The translations under genes were made by a program, and so were the position numbers. Below the pieces are notes generated by a model that had not been told where the DNA came from, did not search any database, and saw only the letters and a program-made list of their open reading frames with translations. Source: Candidatus Delongbacteria bacterium (lineage in GTDB: Bacteria; UBA4055). From it: a DNA stretch of 52,471 nt. This document shows positions 9,429 through 20,440 of the stretch, in pieces (the first letter of the stretch is position 1; each line of letters begins with the position of its first letter). Location: NCBI GenBank assembly GCA_016937995.1, contig JAFGVM010000061.1:1-52471 (forward strand). Direction: 5' to 3'.

Positions 9429-11531
9429 ATGAAAAAGACATTGTTTATTCTTGTTTTAATCTTTATTGTATTGCTACATTCACAAAAGAAAATACTCATA
9501 GATAATATTCATGGAGCTGATTTTATTGGAGATGTCGGGAATGAGAATAGTGTAATAGATTTTTACAGTGTATTCCCTGATGATGATCTAACTATTCTAA
9601 CACCTGACAGTTTACCTTTTGACAACATTTTGATTGAAGAGACAATTTCTAGTATTTCAGAGAAAACTTACATAGTTGATCTGCCTGACGGATATTATCC
9701 TGAAACACCTCACTGCCTTTATGTTTATGCAAAATGTTCATCAGAAGATTTTTGGACAAGAGCAAAGGGTATTGTGAGAAATCCAGCCAGTGATATTGTC
9801 GCAGAATTGTTTGAAGGTTCAGGTCATGTTGATGTTGCGTGTGGTCTAGGATGGTTAGTTGAACTTGAATTAGATTCCCTACTTTCTTATGACATAAAAA
9901 TTGGTTACGGTAAATTGTTGTTTGATTCACAAGGTGTTTTAGGTAAATACGACCTAATTGATTATGATATTGTAATAAGAATTAAAGATAATTGTTATTA
10001 CGCTATTGAAGGCAATCCTCCATTATACGAAAACTATGATCTGATAGCGATTGGAAATGCTTTATCAAATGGACTCTCATTTATCAATACTGACCATTAT
10101 TCAGCCTCTATGGCAGACAAACCATTCATTCATTTTTATTCTAATGAAGATACCCAAATTGATATAAATATTGAATTCCCCGGTAATTATACATTACTAT
10201 CTTCAAACCCCCAATTAATCATGAATAAGAGTGAACAGGTAATAAATTCGCTGTGGAAAGATCATAAATTAAATGAAAAAAGTGACAATGAAATAATTTA
10301 CGAAGGGAGTTTTAAAAATAAACTCAATTTTATAGACTTTGAATTTTTTGGAGATCAAGTTACTGTTAAAAATAGATTGAATAATAATATTGACGACCTT
10401 TTTATTTTAAAATATGAATCTGAAAACCAATATAGATTTATGAATATCAGTGAAATGCAACCATTTGCTACTGAAGAGATCTCGGAATGGGAGTATCTCA
10501 ATACAGATCAGGTTCTGAAAAGAATTAAACAAATTTTTTACGAAAGAGGGATAAAAGAAGGGTTATTAAATGAAGAGATCGATCATTTAGTGAATGATTT
10601 TCACTGGATTGAAAGTTTGCTTTACCGGGCAAGAATAAATAAAGATGAATATTTCGGATTCTACCATTTTGGAAAAGAAGTTTATGATAAATTAATTGGT
10701 TTTAAAAGTAATCCGTACCCAGAAGAACTTAATAGGACTATGTGGGTTATGCTTTCATTTATCAAAGATAGAGATTCTGAACCTATTATCACTTTAGACA
10801 GAGAAGCTACAAAAAATCGAATAAAAGCAGGATTGAAAGTTAATGAATATGGAATTGTTGATGAATATTATACGAATAGCTATTTTACAAGTGAGAATGA
10901 TCTTTTCGGTATAGATATTTATACATATGCATATTATTGGTATACTGATTATCTGTACTTTTATAACAATCCAATTGCATTACAGATTGCACATGAACAA
11001 ACATACAATTACTCACTTCAAGGTTTCTACCATTATAATTATCCTGATTATCAAAATTCAGGAATATTATACCGTGATGGGTATGAAGAATATCCTGTAG
11101 TTTATGGCAAAATTATAAATGATAATGGGCAATTAGTTGTTATTGGCACATCATATTTCTTTAAGAGTGGAAATACTCTTGGGAACGCTTTCTTGAATAA
11201 TATAATTACAGAGCTTGTTGACAACAGGATTCTTACAGGGATAGACAATGAACGATTAATAATTGACAATTATGAACTGCACCAAAACTACCCGAATCCA
11301 TTTAATCCTGAGACTACGATCAGTTATTCTCTGCAAAATAATGCTCAAGTGAGTTTGAAAGTATTTAACATTGCAGGTAAGGAAGTTTGTAATTTAGTAG
11401 ACCAGAAGCAGAATAAAGGTTTGCATAAAGTAAATTTTAATGGTTCAGAACTTACAAGTGGAATGTATTTATATAGATTAAGTATTGATGGAAAAGTGGT
11501 ACAAAGTAGAAAAATGATGTTACTGAAATAA
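9429..11531 (+). CDS. Secreted protein with T9SS type-A-like C-terminal sorting domain
   Basis: Signal peptide MKKTLFILVLIFIVLLHS after GGAGG; C-terminus LHQNYPNPFNPETTISYSL...SGMYLYRL...KMMLLK. Confidence 0.85.
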   Translation: MKKTLFILVLIFIVLLHSQKKILIDNIHGADFIGDVGNENSVIDFYSVFPDDDLTILTPDSLPFDNILIEETISSISEKTYIVDLPDGYYPETPHCLYVYAKCSSEDFWTRAKGIVRNPASDIVAELFEGSGHVDVACGLGWLVELELDSLLSYDIKIGYGKLLFDSQGVLGKYDLIDYDIVIRIKDNCYYAIEGNPPLYENYDLIAIGNALSNGLSFINTDHYSASMADKPFIHFYSNEDTQIDINIEFPGNYTLLSSNPQLIMNKSEQVINSLWKDHKLNEKSDNEIIYEGSFKNKLNFIDFEFFGDQVTVKNRLNNNIDDLFILKYESENQYRFMNISEMQPFATEEISEWEYLNTDQVLKRIKQIFYERGIKEGLLNEEIDHLVNDFHWIESLLYRARINKDEYFGFYHFGKEVYDKLIGFKSNPYPEELNRTMWVMLSFIKDRDSEPIITLDREATKNRIKAGLKVNEYGIVDEYYTNSYFTSENDLFGIDIYTYAYYWYTDYLYFYNNPIALQIAHEQTYNYSLQGFYHYNYPDYQNSGILYRDGYEEYPVVYGKIINDNGQLVVIGTSYFFKSGNTLGNAFLNNIITELVDNRILTGIDNERLIIDNYELHQNYPNPFNPETTISYSLQNNAQVSLKVFNIAGKEVCNLVDQKQNKGLHKVNFNGSELTSGMYLYRLSIDGKVVQSRKMMLLK

Positions 11532-11555
11532 ATCGCATCTATACCTGAAGGATTT

Positions 11556-11581
11556 AGGCGGTCAGATGACCGTCTTTTTTT
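11556..11581 (+). terminator. Rho-independent terminator
   Basis: AGGCGGTCA-GA-TGACCGTCT followed by a T-tract, 25 bp after the stop. Confidence 0.8.
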
Positions 11582-11670
11582 ATTGTTTTACAATTGATTA
11601 TAGTCTTATAAATTCTTATTAATGTGTAAGTAATATAAAAGAAGCAAAAAGATATTTTAACCGGAGACAT

Positions 11671-14364
11671 TTGATGTCAAAGAAACTTTTTCTAATAGAT
11701 GGATATGCATTGATATACAGAGCATTCTTTGCATTCGGAACAAAACCGTTAATTACAAAAGAAGGATTCAATGTTAGTGCATTATATGGTTTTTTCAACT
11801 CGCTTTTCACATTAATAGAAAAAGAAGATCCTGAATATATGGCGATAGTACTTGATACAAAAGCGCCAACATTCAGGCATAAAATATATCCTCAGTACAA
11901 GGCTACCAGAGAAAAAATGCCGGAAGAATTAAGTAATCAGATCCCTCTTCTCTATGAAATAATTGAAGCAACAAATATCACTACTATTTTCAAAGATGGT
12001 TTTGAGGCGGATGATCTGATAGGTGTAATAGCAAAACAGGCATCAGAGGAAGGATTTGAAACTTACATTTATTCTTCGGATAAAGACCTTGCCCAATTAG
12101 TGACTGAGAATGTGTTCCTCTATGACCCAAAAGAAATATCTGTTCTGGACCGCGAAGGAATTAAAAAGAAATTCGAACTTTATCCTGAACAGATAATAGA
12201 TTTTTTATCTCTGATGGGAGATAACTCCGATAATATTCCCGGTGTTCCAAAGATAGGGAAGAAGACCGCGATAAAACTGCTACTGGAATTTGGGACTTTG
12301 GAAAATATTTACGAAAATCTGGATAATATCAAAGGCAATGCAATAAGAGAATCGCTGGAGAATAATAGACATTTAGCAGATCTGTCTAAGAAACTTGTAA
12401 CAATAGACACGACCATAGAAATTGATATTGATATTGAAGATACTCATGTAAAGACTCACGATTATGAAAAATTATCCGATTACTTTTTCAAGCTAAATAT
12501 GAAAAAACTTCTGAGATATCTCGAAGAATACAAGGGAGTTGAAACTAAACTGGAAAAAGTTCTAGAATATGATCCTGAAGTTCAGAAATATACTGAGATA
12601 AAAAGCAAAGAAGAGATAGAAGAATTGATAAAAGAGGTAAAAACTAAAAAAAAGTTATCAGTTTTTGCTGAACTGACAGGAAATAATCCATTGGATTTCA
12701 GAATAAAAGGACTGGCAATCTCTACAAAAGAAAATGAAGTGTCATATATAAAAAGTATAGAAAATACCAATAATGAAAGTCAATTAAGCTTATTTCAAGA
12801 AAAAGTAGACAGCATTGAAGATACTCTGTTACTGCTGAAACCTCTTTTCGAGAATCAGAATATTAAATTTATAGGCTATAATTTAAAACCGATGATCCAT
12901 GCTTTGTATAATCACGGTATATCATTTGACGGAAAGATATTTGATCTTCTAATAGCGGACTATATAATGTACTCATCGAACTTCAATCATAGTTTATCTG
13001 CAAGAATATATAAGCTTTTGAACTATAAGATGATCGACCCTAGATCAGATTCTTACAGTGAAGATATCAAAAGTTGTGAAAGAGCTGAGCTGTTGTTCAG
13101 GCTATACTTCAGATCAAAAGAAAAATTTGTCATTGAAAAGGAATTACACTCGGTTTTCGCAGATATAGAAATACCATTAGTTCCAGTTTTAATAGAAGCT
13201 GAGAGAAATGGAATAATCGTTGACCGTGACTATCTGCAGAACATGTCCAATGAGATCAAAGAAGAAACAAAAAAGATAGAGGTCGGTATTTATGAACTAT
13301 CAGGAGAGAAATTCAACATTGATTCTCCAAAGCAGTTAAGTGAAGTTCTTTTTGAAAAATTAAACTTCAAGCATGGCAGGAAAGGAAAAAGTGGAACCTA
13401 TTCCACTGATCAAAGTGTTCTCTCAAAGCTTGCCTCAGAGGGAAATGTAATCGCAGAACATTTATTGAAATACAGAGAGCTGACAAAGTTAAATAACACT
13501 TATGCTGAGGGATTGTTAAAATATATCAACGATAGTACAGGCAGGATACACACTTCATATTTACAATACGTTGTATCTACAGGAAGATTATCCTCGGTGA
13601 ATCCTAATCTTCAGAATATTCCGATCAAGAATGAAGAAGGTGAAAAGATCAGAAAAGCATTCAAGTGTAAAAAAGGATATAAATTGCTGGCAGCCGATTA
13701 TTCACAAATAGAGTTACGTATACTTGCCCATTTCTGCGGAGATGAAAATTTGATCGAAGCTTTCAATAATAACATTGATATTCACACTGCTACAGCGTCA
13801 AAGTTATTTAATGTGCCTTTAGAAGATGTTGATAAAGAGTTAAGATCAAAAGCAAAGACAGCAAATTTCGCTGTACTTTACGGTAAATCGAAATTCGGTC
13901 TCAGTGAGGACATGAATATAAGCTATGAAGAAGCTTCTGAGTTCATTGATAATTATTTTTCTCAGTTCATAAAGATAAAAGAATACATCGACGATACTAT
14001 CGTATATCTTAAGCAGAACGGTTATGTTAAAACACTTTTCGGACGGAAAAGAGAATTCCCGGAAGCCAGATCTTCAGATAAAAATGTTCTTAATGCTGCG
14101 AATAGAGCTGCAGTGAACGCTCCTATTCAGGGTACCTCAGCAGATATAATCAAGATAGCAATGATAGAAATTCATAAAAAGATCGCAAAATTTAGTGCCA
14201 GGATGTTACTGCAGGTCCATGATGAATTAATATTTGAAGTTAAAGAAGAAGAGATCGAGTCATTTTCATTGTTCGTGAAGGATATCATGGAAAATGTTAC
14301 CAAACTTCGTGTACCGTTAACTGTCAACATTGGAGTGGGAGATAATTGGCTCGAAGCACATTAG
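11671..14364 (+). CDS. polA: DNA polymerase I
   Basis: 5'-3' exonuclease (LIDG, EADD, DKDL, GDNSDNIPGV) and polymerase motifs TGRLSS, ADYSQIELR, QGTSADIIK, LQVHDEL. Confidence 0.97.
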   Translation: MMSKKLFLIDGYALIYRAFFAFGTKPLITKEGFNVSALYGFFNSLFTLIEKEDPEYMAIVLDTKAPTFRHKIYPQYKATREKMPEELSNQIPLLYEIIEATNITTIFKDGFEADDLIGVIAKQASEEGFETYIYSSDKDLAQLVTENVFLYDPKEISVLDREGIKKKFELYPEQIIDFLSLMGDNSDNIPGVPKIGKKTAIKLLLEFGTLENIYENLDNIKGNAIRESLENNRHLADLSKKLVTIDTTIEIDIDIEDTHVKTHDYEKLSDYFFKLNMKKLLRYLEEYKGVETKLEKVLEYDPEVQKYTEIKSKEEIEELIKEVKTKKKLSVFAELTGNNPLDFRIKGLAISTKENEVSYIKSIENTNNESQLSLFQEKVDSIEDTLLLLKPLFENQNIKFIGYNLKPMIHALYNHGISFDGKIFDLLIADYIMYSSNFNHSLSARIYKLLNYKMIDPRSDSYSEDIKSCERAELLFRLYFRSKEKFVIEKELHSVFADIEIPLVPVLIEAERNGIIVDRDYLQNMSNEIKEETKKIEVGIYELSGEKFNIDSPKQLSEVLFEKLNFKHGRKGKSGTYSTDQSVLSKLASEGNVIAEHLLKYRELTKLNNTYAEGLLKYINDSTGRIHTSYLQYVVSTGRLSSVNPNLQNIPIKNEEGEKIRKAFKCKKGYKLLAADYSQIELRILAHFCGDENLIEAFNNNIDIHTATASKLFNVPLEDVDKELRSKAKTANFAVLYGKSKFGLSEDMNISYEEASEFIDNYFSQFIKIKEYIDDTIVYLKQNGYVKTLFGRKREFPEARSSDKNVLNAANRAAVNAPIQGTSADIIKIAMIEIHKKIAKFSARMLLQVHDELIFEVKEEEIESFSLFVKDIMENVTKLRVPLTVNIGVGDNWLEAH

Positions 14365-14456
14365 AATATCCAATGATGAAGATCAATTCCGTAAAGACGT
14401 GATTTATCACGTCTCTATTTATGCCTCGATTCCCGTGTCTAGCACGAGAATGACTA
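14364..14456 (+). repeat. Composite intergenic repeat cassette after polA
   Basis: GAATATCCAATGATGAAG, then GTAAAGACGTGATTTATCACGTCTCTA, then GATTCCCGTGTCTAGCACGAGAATGACTA. Confidence 0.8.
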
Positions 14457-14478
14457 AAAGAAATACAAGGACGAAATT

Positions 14479-17400
14479 ATGTTATCAAAATACTTACCGG
14501 CACATTTTACTGAGATCTATAGTGAGATCAGGAAAAAAAAATTCGTAAGGAAGAACGGTAGTGTAATGTTCGCAGACATTTCAGGTTTTACTAATATGAG
14601 TGAAAAACTTACTTCAAAAGGTAAGGAAGGTAGCGAAGAAATCTCAAGGATCATCAATGAAGTTTTTGAGAAACTGATCACAATTGTCAGTTCATCTGGA
14701 GGATCGGTATATAAATTCGGTGGTGATGCGATAACTGTATTTTTTCCGGATAGTATTGAGAAGAAAATTGTATTAGATACTGCTATAGAAATGCAGAAAT
14801 CTATAGATGAATTTTCAAATATCAAAACAATAGCAGGTATTTTTTCTTTAAAAATGAAAATAGGTCTGGCTTATGGCAGTTCTCTGATCGGTCAACTCGG
14901 AAAGGAGAGTAAAGGATATTTTCTAGTAGGAGGAACACTTGACACTGCCTGTGATTGCGAGCACAGTGCGATCCAGGGTGATATTGTTGTCACCAAAGAA
15001 TTCTTCGGTATTTTAGAAAAAAGCAATTACGAGAAAGTTAAGAAATTTTACAAAGTGAATTATAACTTAAAAACTTCTACGGGGATAAAACTTAAAAAAA
15101 TAAAAAGAACACAGGCAAAATGGCACAATGAATTTATCCATGAAGTGTTAGTTAATAGAGAAATGTCAGGTGGTGGTACCAAGTCCGGAGAATTGAGGAA
15201 TTGTACAGTGGTATTCCTCAATTTCACAGGTGTAGAATATGGAAATAAATTCAACTATGATTCACTTAACAGTTTTTATACTTTAGCGGTATCCACAGTA
15301 GGCAAATATAATGGTTTTATAAATAAGATCGACATGGGGGATAAAGGAAATAAGCTGATAATCCTGTTTGGCGCTCCGGTCTCAACCGAGAAGAACGAGG
15401 AATATGCCTTAAGAGCTATGGAAGAACTAAGAAATCTATGCCCAGAAGAGATAGATGTTAGGATCGGAATTAATGCCGGAAATATATATTTCGGTGTCAT
15501 CGGAGCTTCTCATAGAAGAGAGTTCACTGTTATGGGGAATGCTGTTAACTTAAGTGCCAGACTAATGGCTTCCGCTGATAAAAACGAGATAATAATTTCA
15601 TCACCGATTTGCAAGAAAGTTCCTGAGATTGAAATAGAGAATACAAGAAAACTTAAACTAAAAGGTGTGAAAGAATTATTTGAAGTATCATCTTTTAATC
15701 GTATTTTGGAAACGAGGAAGAGTAAAAGATTTAAATTGATCGGCAGAGAAAAGGAACAGAAGCAGTATAATGATGTTATTGACAAAGGAAAAGCTTTCCT
15801 GATCAATATCAAAGCAGAAGCAGGATTAGGTAAGTCAGTTCTTGTAAATAAATTTTTTGAAGATAGAATAAAGAAATGTAAATGTTATCTTGTCAACTGC
15901 CTAAGTTATACAAAAAATAATTCATTTTATGTAGTTAAAGAATTTATCTCAATATTCTCAGGAATTAAAATATTTGATGATCAAAATACAAAATTGTTAA
16001 AATTAAAGTTGCTGTTAAAAAAAATTGGAGAAGAAGAGATTACTGACCTATATGCTTCTTTTCTTTCCTGGAAAGATTTTGAGGGAAATAGAGCTGATCC
16101 GGGATTAAAAGATTTTTTTAAGGATGTCACAACAACAATTTTCTATAAACTTATTAATGACGAAAAAGTATCACTTTTTGTCGAAGATACTCACTGGATG
16201 GATTCCGCATCAGTTGATTTTTTTAAGACGCTTTTAAGTATATTTGATAAAAAGGTTAATGCTGGACAGCTTCATTTTGTTTTCAGACCTGATAGTCAGA
16301 TGGTGCAGTTTGAGGAAAATGAAAATGCATTCACAATAAATTTGGACAATCTTGAATATAATGACGGGAAGGAATTTCTTTTACAAAAGTTTAATTTAGC
16401 ATCTATATCTAAAAGAATTTATGATCAGATATATTTGAAGACAAAGGGGAATCCTTTTTTTATTGAGGAAATAATGCTTTCTCTGAAAAATGACGGTAAC
16501 TTTATTGAAATTTCAGAGAGGTCTGATGAAGTAAAGATCAAAGACATGTATATGTCTGAAAGAGACAGAGAATTAGCTATTCTTGAAAAACAGGATGTTA
16601 AGTATAAGCTTAAACCTTCGGTAAAATCAATAAATATACCTGATAACGTAAATGATATGGTACTTGCAAGAATCGACAAACTTGATGAGAATAGCAAGAC
16701 TATCTTAAAGATATCATCAGTGATCGGAAGAGTATTTCAATTTGATATATTAAAGCAATTGCAAAATCTTAAGGAAATAGCAGAGAAACTTAATATCAAA
16801 GACAGTCTATTTGATCTTACTAAATTCGATCTAACACTTTTTGAGGAGACAAGTGAGAATGAATATCTCTTCAAACATGCAATTACACAAGAAGTTGCCT
16901 ACGAAACGCTGTTATTTTCGATGAGAAGAAAATTCCATTCAAGTATTGCAAAGCTTTACGAAGAGAATTATAAAGGGAATATAGCTGATGCTTACGAACT
17001 TTTAGCTTATCATTACAAACATACAAACGATAAAGATAAAGCAAAATACTATCTGTTAAAGTCAGCAGTCTCAGCTAAAAATAAATTTTCTTACAAAGAA
17101 GCATTTGGTTATTTAAAAGAATACAGAAAGTATAAAATGACTCAAGAAGATAAAGCAGAGAGTTATTTTTACGATATAGAGATGTACACCTTATTGGAGA
17201 AAAATAAAAAAGGAATGCAAATATGTGACAAATTAATACAAAAATTTCAAGAAGGAACTGTATATAATCAAAAAGCCAAAATAAAGAGGATAAATCTTTT
17301 AAGAAAAAATGCAGAATATGAAAATGGGATCAAAGAATATGAAAAATTAGGATATTTTTTAAATCCAGATCTTGAGATAGAAGCAACAATTGAAAATCTG

Positions 17401-18381
17401 CTTTGCAAAATTTGGCAACGAAAAAATGAAAATTTGGATAAGTATATTTTAAAGCTCGATAAAATGATCCAAAAGTCCGAAATAGAACGATTTAGAGTTA
17501 ATTTACTTGAAGTGAAAGGTTTAAGCTTATTTTATTCTAGAGAATTTAATAAGGCTATAAAATTGTATAAATCATTGGTGAAGATAACAGATAATTTGAA
17601 ATTATATAATGAAAAATTTATGGCTTTACAAAATATCGCATCTTCTTATGGTCAATTAGGGAATCTTGAAAAAGCTTCCGAATATTATGAAAAAGTATTT
17701 TTGGAAGCTAAGAAAATTCACAATTTCAGACTTATTATGCGAGCAACTGACGGACTTGCTAAAATCTGTTATGTTAAAGGTGATTTTAAAAATGCAGAGA
17801 AATACATTAATGATGGCATTAAACTTACAGATCGAACAGGTAAAATTAAAATTAAAGAATTATTGCTTGAAAGTCTCAGCAATATTAGACTTGCACAAGG
17901 AAGATATGACAATGTTTTAAAAATCTGTGAAGAAAGAGAAGAACTTGCTCGAAAATTCAGTGATGATACTAGACTGGCAATAATATGGGATATTAAAGGT
18001 GATACGATCTATAAAAAAGGTCAGTTTAAGAAAGCTTTAAAGATATATAAGGATAATTTAGCTTTTTCAAAAAAGATCAACTATGCTGTAGGAATAGGAC
18101 ATTCATACGGAAATATAGCTAATTGTTATGCTGAATTAGGGAATATTGATGAGAGTATTGATTATTATAAGAAACAGATCGAATACTCTAAAGAGCATAA
18201 TGATATTTTCTCTGAAGGTAAAGCCATGTTCAATCTGGCGTATACATATTACGAGGACCTTAAAGATATTGTGGTTGCAAGAGAGGCTTTTCAAATTGCA
18301 AGGGACATTTTTGAAAAAATCGGGTTTAAATCAGGTTTGGACCAGGCAATTGAAATGCTTAATACAATTGATAAGGAATAA
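14479..18381 (+). CDS. Class III nucleotidyl cyclase (tandem domains) with STAND/AAA ATPase and TPR repeats
   Basis: FADISGFT and GGDA in domain 1; KIDMGDKG and GNAVNLSARL in domain 2; Walker A AEAGLGKS, Walker B LFVEDTHWMD, GNPFF, YLFKH; TPR-like C-terminus. Confidence 0.88.
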   Translation: MLSKYLPAHFTEIYSEIRKKKFVRKNGSVMFADISGFTNMSEKLTSKGKEGSEEISRIINEVFEKLITIVSSSGGSVYKFGGDAITVFFPDSIEKKIVLDTAIEMQKSIDEFSNIKTIAGIFSLKMKIGLAYGSSLIGQLGKESKGYFLVGGTLDTACDCEHSAIQGDIVVTKEFFGILEKSNYEKVKKFYKVNYNLKTSTGIKLKKIKRTQAKWHNEFIHEVLVNREMSGGGTKSGELRNCTVVFLNFTGVEYGNKFNYDSLNSFYTLAVSTVGKYNGFINKIDMGDKGNKLIILFGAPVSTEKNEEYALRAMEELRNLCPEEIDVRIGINAGNIYFGVIGASHRREFTVMGNAVNLSARLMASADKNEIIISSPICKKVPEIEIENTRKLKLKGVKELFEVSSFNRILETRKSKRFKLIGREKEQKQYNDVIDKGKAFLINIKAEAGLGKSVLVNKFFEDRIKKCKCYLVNCLSYTKNNSFYVVKEFISIFSGIKIFDDQNTKLLKLKLLLKKIGEEEITDLYASFLSWKDFEGNRADPGLKDFFKDVTTTIFYKLINDEKVSLFVEDTHWMDSASVDFFKTLLSIFDKKVNAGQLHFVFRPDSQMVQFEENENAFTINLDNLEYNDGKEFLLQKFNLASISKRIYDQIYLKTKGNPFFIEEIMLSLKNDGNFIEISERSDEVKIKDMYMSERDRELAILEKQDVKYKLKPSVKSINIPDNVNDMVLARIDKLDENSKTILKISSVIGRVFQFDILKQLQNLKEIAEKLNIKDSLFDLTKFDLTLFEETSENEYLFKHAITQEVAYETLLFSMRRKFHSSIAKLYEENYKGNIADAYELLAYHYKHTNDKDKAKYYLLKSAVSAKNKFSYKEAFGYLKEYRKYKMTQEDKAESYFYDIEMYTLLEKNKKGMQICDKLIQKFQEGTVYNQKAKIKRINLLRKNAEYENGIKEYEKLGYFLNPDLEIEATIENLLCKIWQRKNENLDKYILKLDKMIQKSEIERFRVNLLEVKGLSLFYSREFNKAIKLYKSLVKITDNLKLYNEKFMALQNIASSYGQLGNLEKASEYYEKVFLEAKKIHNFRLIMRATDGLAKICYVKGDFKNAEKYINDGIKLTDRTGKIKIKELLLESLSNIRLAQGRYDNVLKICEEREELARKFSDDTRLAIIWDIKGDTIYKKGQFKKALKIYKDNLAFSKKINYAVGIGHSYGNIANCYAELGNIDESIDYYKKQIEYSKEHNDIFSEGKAMFNLAYTYYEDLKDIVVAREAFQIARDIFEKIGFKSGLDQAIEMLNTIDKE

Positions 18382-18504
18382 TTGATTACGCTGATCATAA
18401 TTTTCTTACAATGGATTCTTGTTATAAAAATAAATAGAACTTTTAGACAAAAAATTAGTAAATTGTATACTGTTATACAACAATTTAAACATAAGGAAAA
18501 AATA

Positions 18505-19017
18505 ATGAAATTGACCAACATTTTAATTATCAGTATACTGAGCACATTTTTGATCACAGGCTGTACACTTACCCCAACTATCAATCCAGGCAAAGTTACA
18601 GATGATGCTGATATGAAAAAAGTTGAAATTCCAACAGTTGAAACGGATTACAAACCAAAACTTGATAAAAATATAGCTAAAGAAAAAGCAATATTAGCCA
18701 ATTCATATATCCTTGATAAAGTTCAGGTATCTAAAAAGAAAAACGGGATACTCATCAGATTCAAGTACGACGGAGAAGATCCTAAAGAAAATATTTCTAC
18801 ATTCTTTAGTGGTGACAGATTTTTCAATATAACTTTTTTTAAAGGTAAATTCAGTTCAAATATAAAAAACAGTCTTTATAATGGATCTATAATTCAGAAT
18901 TTGCAATTCTTTGAATTCGAAGAATCAGTTCAAGTTACAGTAAGACTGAAAGATGATCACAAATCCACTTTTATCCAGACAGATGATGAATATATTACTA
19001 TCTCAGTGTTCAGTTAA
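18505..19017 (+). CDS. Lipoprotein of unknown function (possibly AMIN-like beta domain)
   Basis: Lipobox LITG-C; SD AAGGA supports the start at 18505 rather than 18382. Confidence 0.7.
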   Translation: MKLTNILIISILSTFLITGCTLTPTINPGKVTDDADMKKVEIPTVETDYKPKLDKNIAKEKAILANSYILDKVQVSKKKNGILIRFKYDGEDPKENISTFFSGDRFFNITFFKGKFSSNIKNSLYNGSIIQNLQFFEFEESVQVTVRLKDDHKSTFIQTDDEYITISVFS

Positions 19018-19033
19018 CAATGGTTAAGGAATA

Positions 19034-20440
19034 ATGAAAAAAAAACTGATAATATTTTTAATAGTTCTATTTGCTTATTTGAGTTTAAATGGCAATACTA
19101 CGAAAAAGTATGAAAAATATGACAGTATTGCGACCCATTACCTTCTCAATGCCCTTATGTTTGAAGAATTTACTGATTTTGAAAGAGCTATCATTAATTA
19201 TGAAACAGCTTACAACCAGAGTAATTCGAGCACATTTCTGATAAATAAGGCAGTGGATGAATATTATCTGGGAAATGATGAAAATGCACTAAAGATATTT
19301 GAAGATATTGATGATATGCCAAAGCATTTATTGAAATATAGATATTATCAATATATTATGAGTAGTTCTGTCAGAAATGAAAATATCAGCAAGGAAGCGC
19401 TTAATGACCTGATAAAATTATATTCCGAAAAAGATTCAAAAAGTAAAATAAAGGAGGGGATGTTCCTCCTTGAAAAATTACTGAGTAATTATAAAAAATA
19501 TAACAAAGCTTCATATTTTGAACTTTTTCTAAAGAATGCTTTACTTAGAGATATTTCACAGGTGCACAGAGAGTTTTTCTCTGCTGTATTATTTAAGTTT
19601 TATTCAAGTGTTGAAGTAAATAATGAAAAAGTTATAAATTATGTGGACAGTCTCCTTGAAAACTATAAAGAGAGTGATTATAATCAGCTGGTATTTGTGT
19701 ACGATGAATTGATAGCTACAAAAAGATTGGAACTTGCGGAGAAAGTGCATGATGTTTTAAACAAAGTAAGATATTTGGATCCCGAGTATTATATTTTTAG
19801 TTACACAATGGAAAAAGCTAAGGGGAATTCAAAGAAAACCAGAAAGATAATCAGTTCTGCCCAGGATAGTTATCCGGGTGTCTATTTTGAACTGATGTCA
19901 CTTCAGCAGTTCGTAAATGATAAGGAATTTAAGAACGCTAACATAGTTTATAATAATTTAGTGGCTGAACATCCAGAAGACAAGAACATTTACTATAGAT
20001 ATATTATGTCATTGATTGAAAACGATCAAATAGATAAAGCAATTGAAATTTACGAAACAGCGATTAATAAATTTCCTGAAGAAATATCTATGAGGAACAA
20101 TTATGCATATCTTTTGGTTGAGCATAATAAAGATATCGAAAAAGCATTAGAATTATCAAATTATGCTGTTGAAAAAGAGCCTGAAAATATTTCTTTCCTT
20201 GATACTTTAGCATGGATATATTTCATAAAAGGTGATTATATAAATGCTGAAATTTATATTGATAAAGCTTTTGATCAGTCCGGAGTGCTGGCAGACCCCA
20301 ATTCAATGGAATTATTCGATCATTATAAAAAGATAAAGACAAAATTAATAAAGTATGATGATATTCAAAAGATAAAAATAAACGAACTGACTATAGCTTT
20401 GAATGAGTGCATTACTTCAGCAATGAATCTATTAAAATGA
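19034..20440 (+). CDS. Exported tetratricopeptide-repeat protein
   Basis: Signal peptide; NNYAYLL...LDTLAWIYF TPR signature near the C-terminus. Confidence 0.8.
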   Translation: MKKKLIIFLIVLFAYLSLNGNTTKKYEKYDSIATHYLLNALMFEEFTDFERAIINYETAYNQSNSSTFLINKAVDEYYLGNDENALKIFEDIDDMPKHLLKYRYYQYIMSSSVRNENISKEALNDLIKLYSEKDSKSKIKEGMFLLEKLLSNYKKYNKASYFELFLKNALLRDISQVHREFFSAVLFKFYSSVEVNNEKVINYVDSLLENYKESDYNQLVFVYDELIATKRLELAEKVHDVLNKVRYLDPEYYIFSYTMEKAKGNSKKTRKIISSAQDSYPGVYFELMSLQQFVNDKEFKNANIVYNNLVAEHPEDKNIYYRYIMSLIENDQIDKAIEIYETAINKFPEEISMRNNYAYLLVEHNKDIEKALELSNYAVEKEPENISFLDTLAWIYFIKGDYINAEIYIDKAFDQSGVLADPNSMELFDHYKKIKTKLIKYDDIQKIKINELTIALNECITSAMNLLK

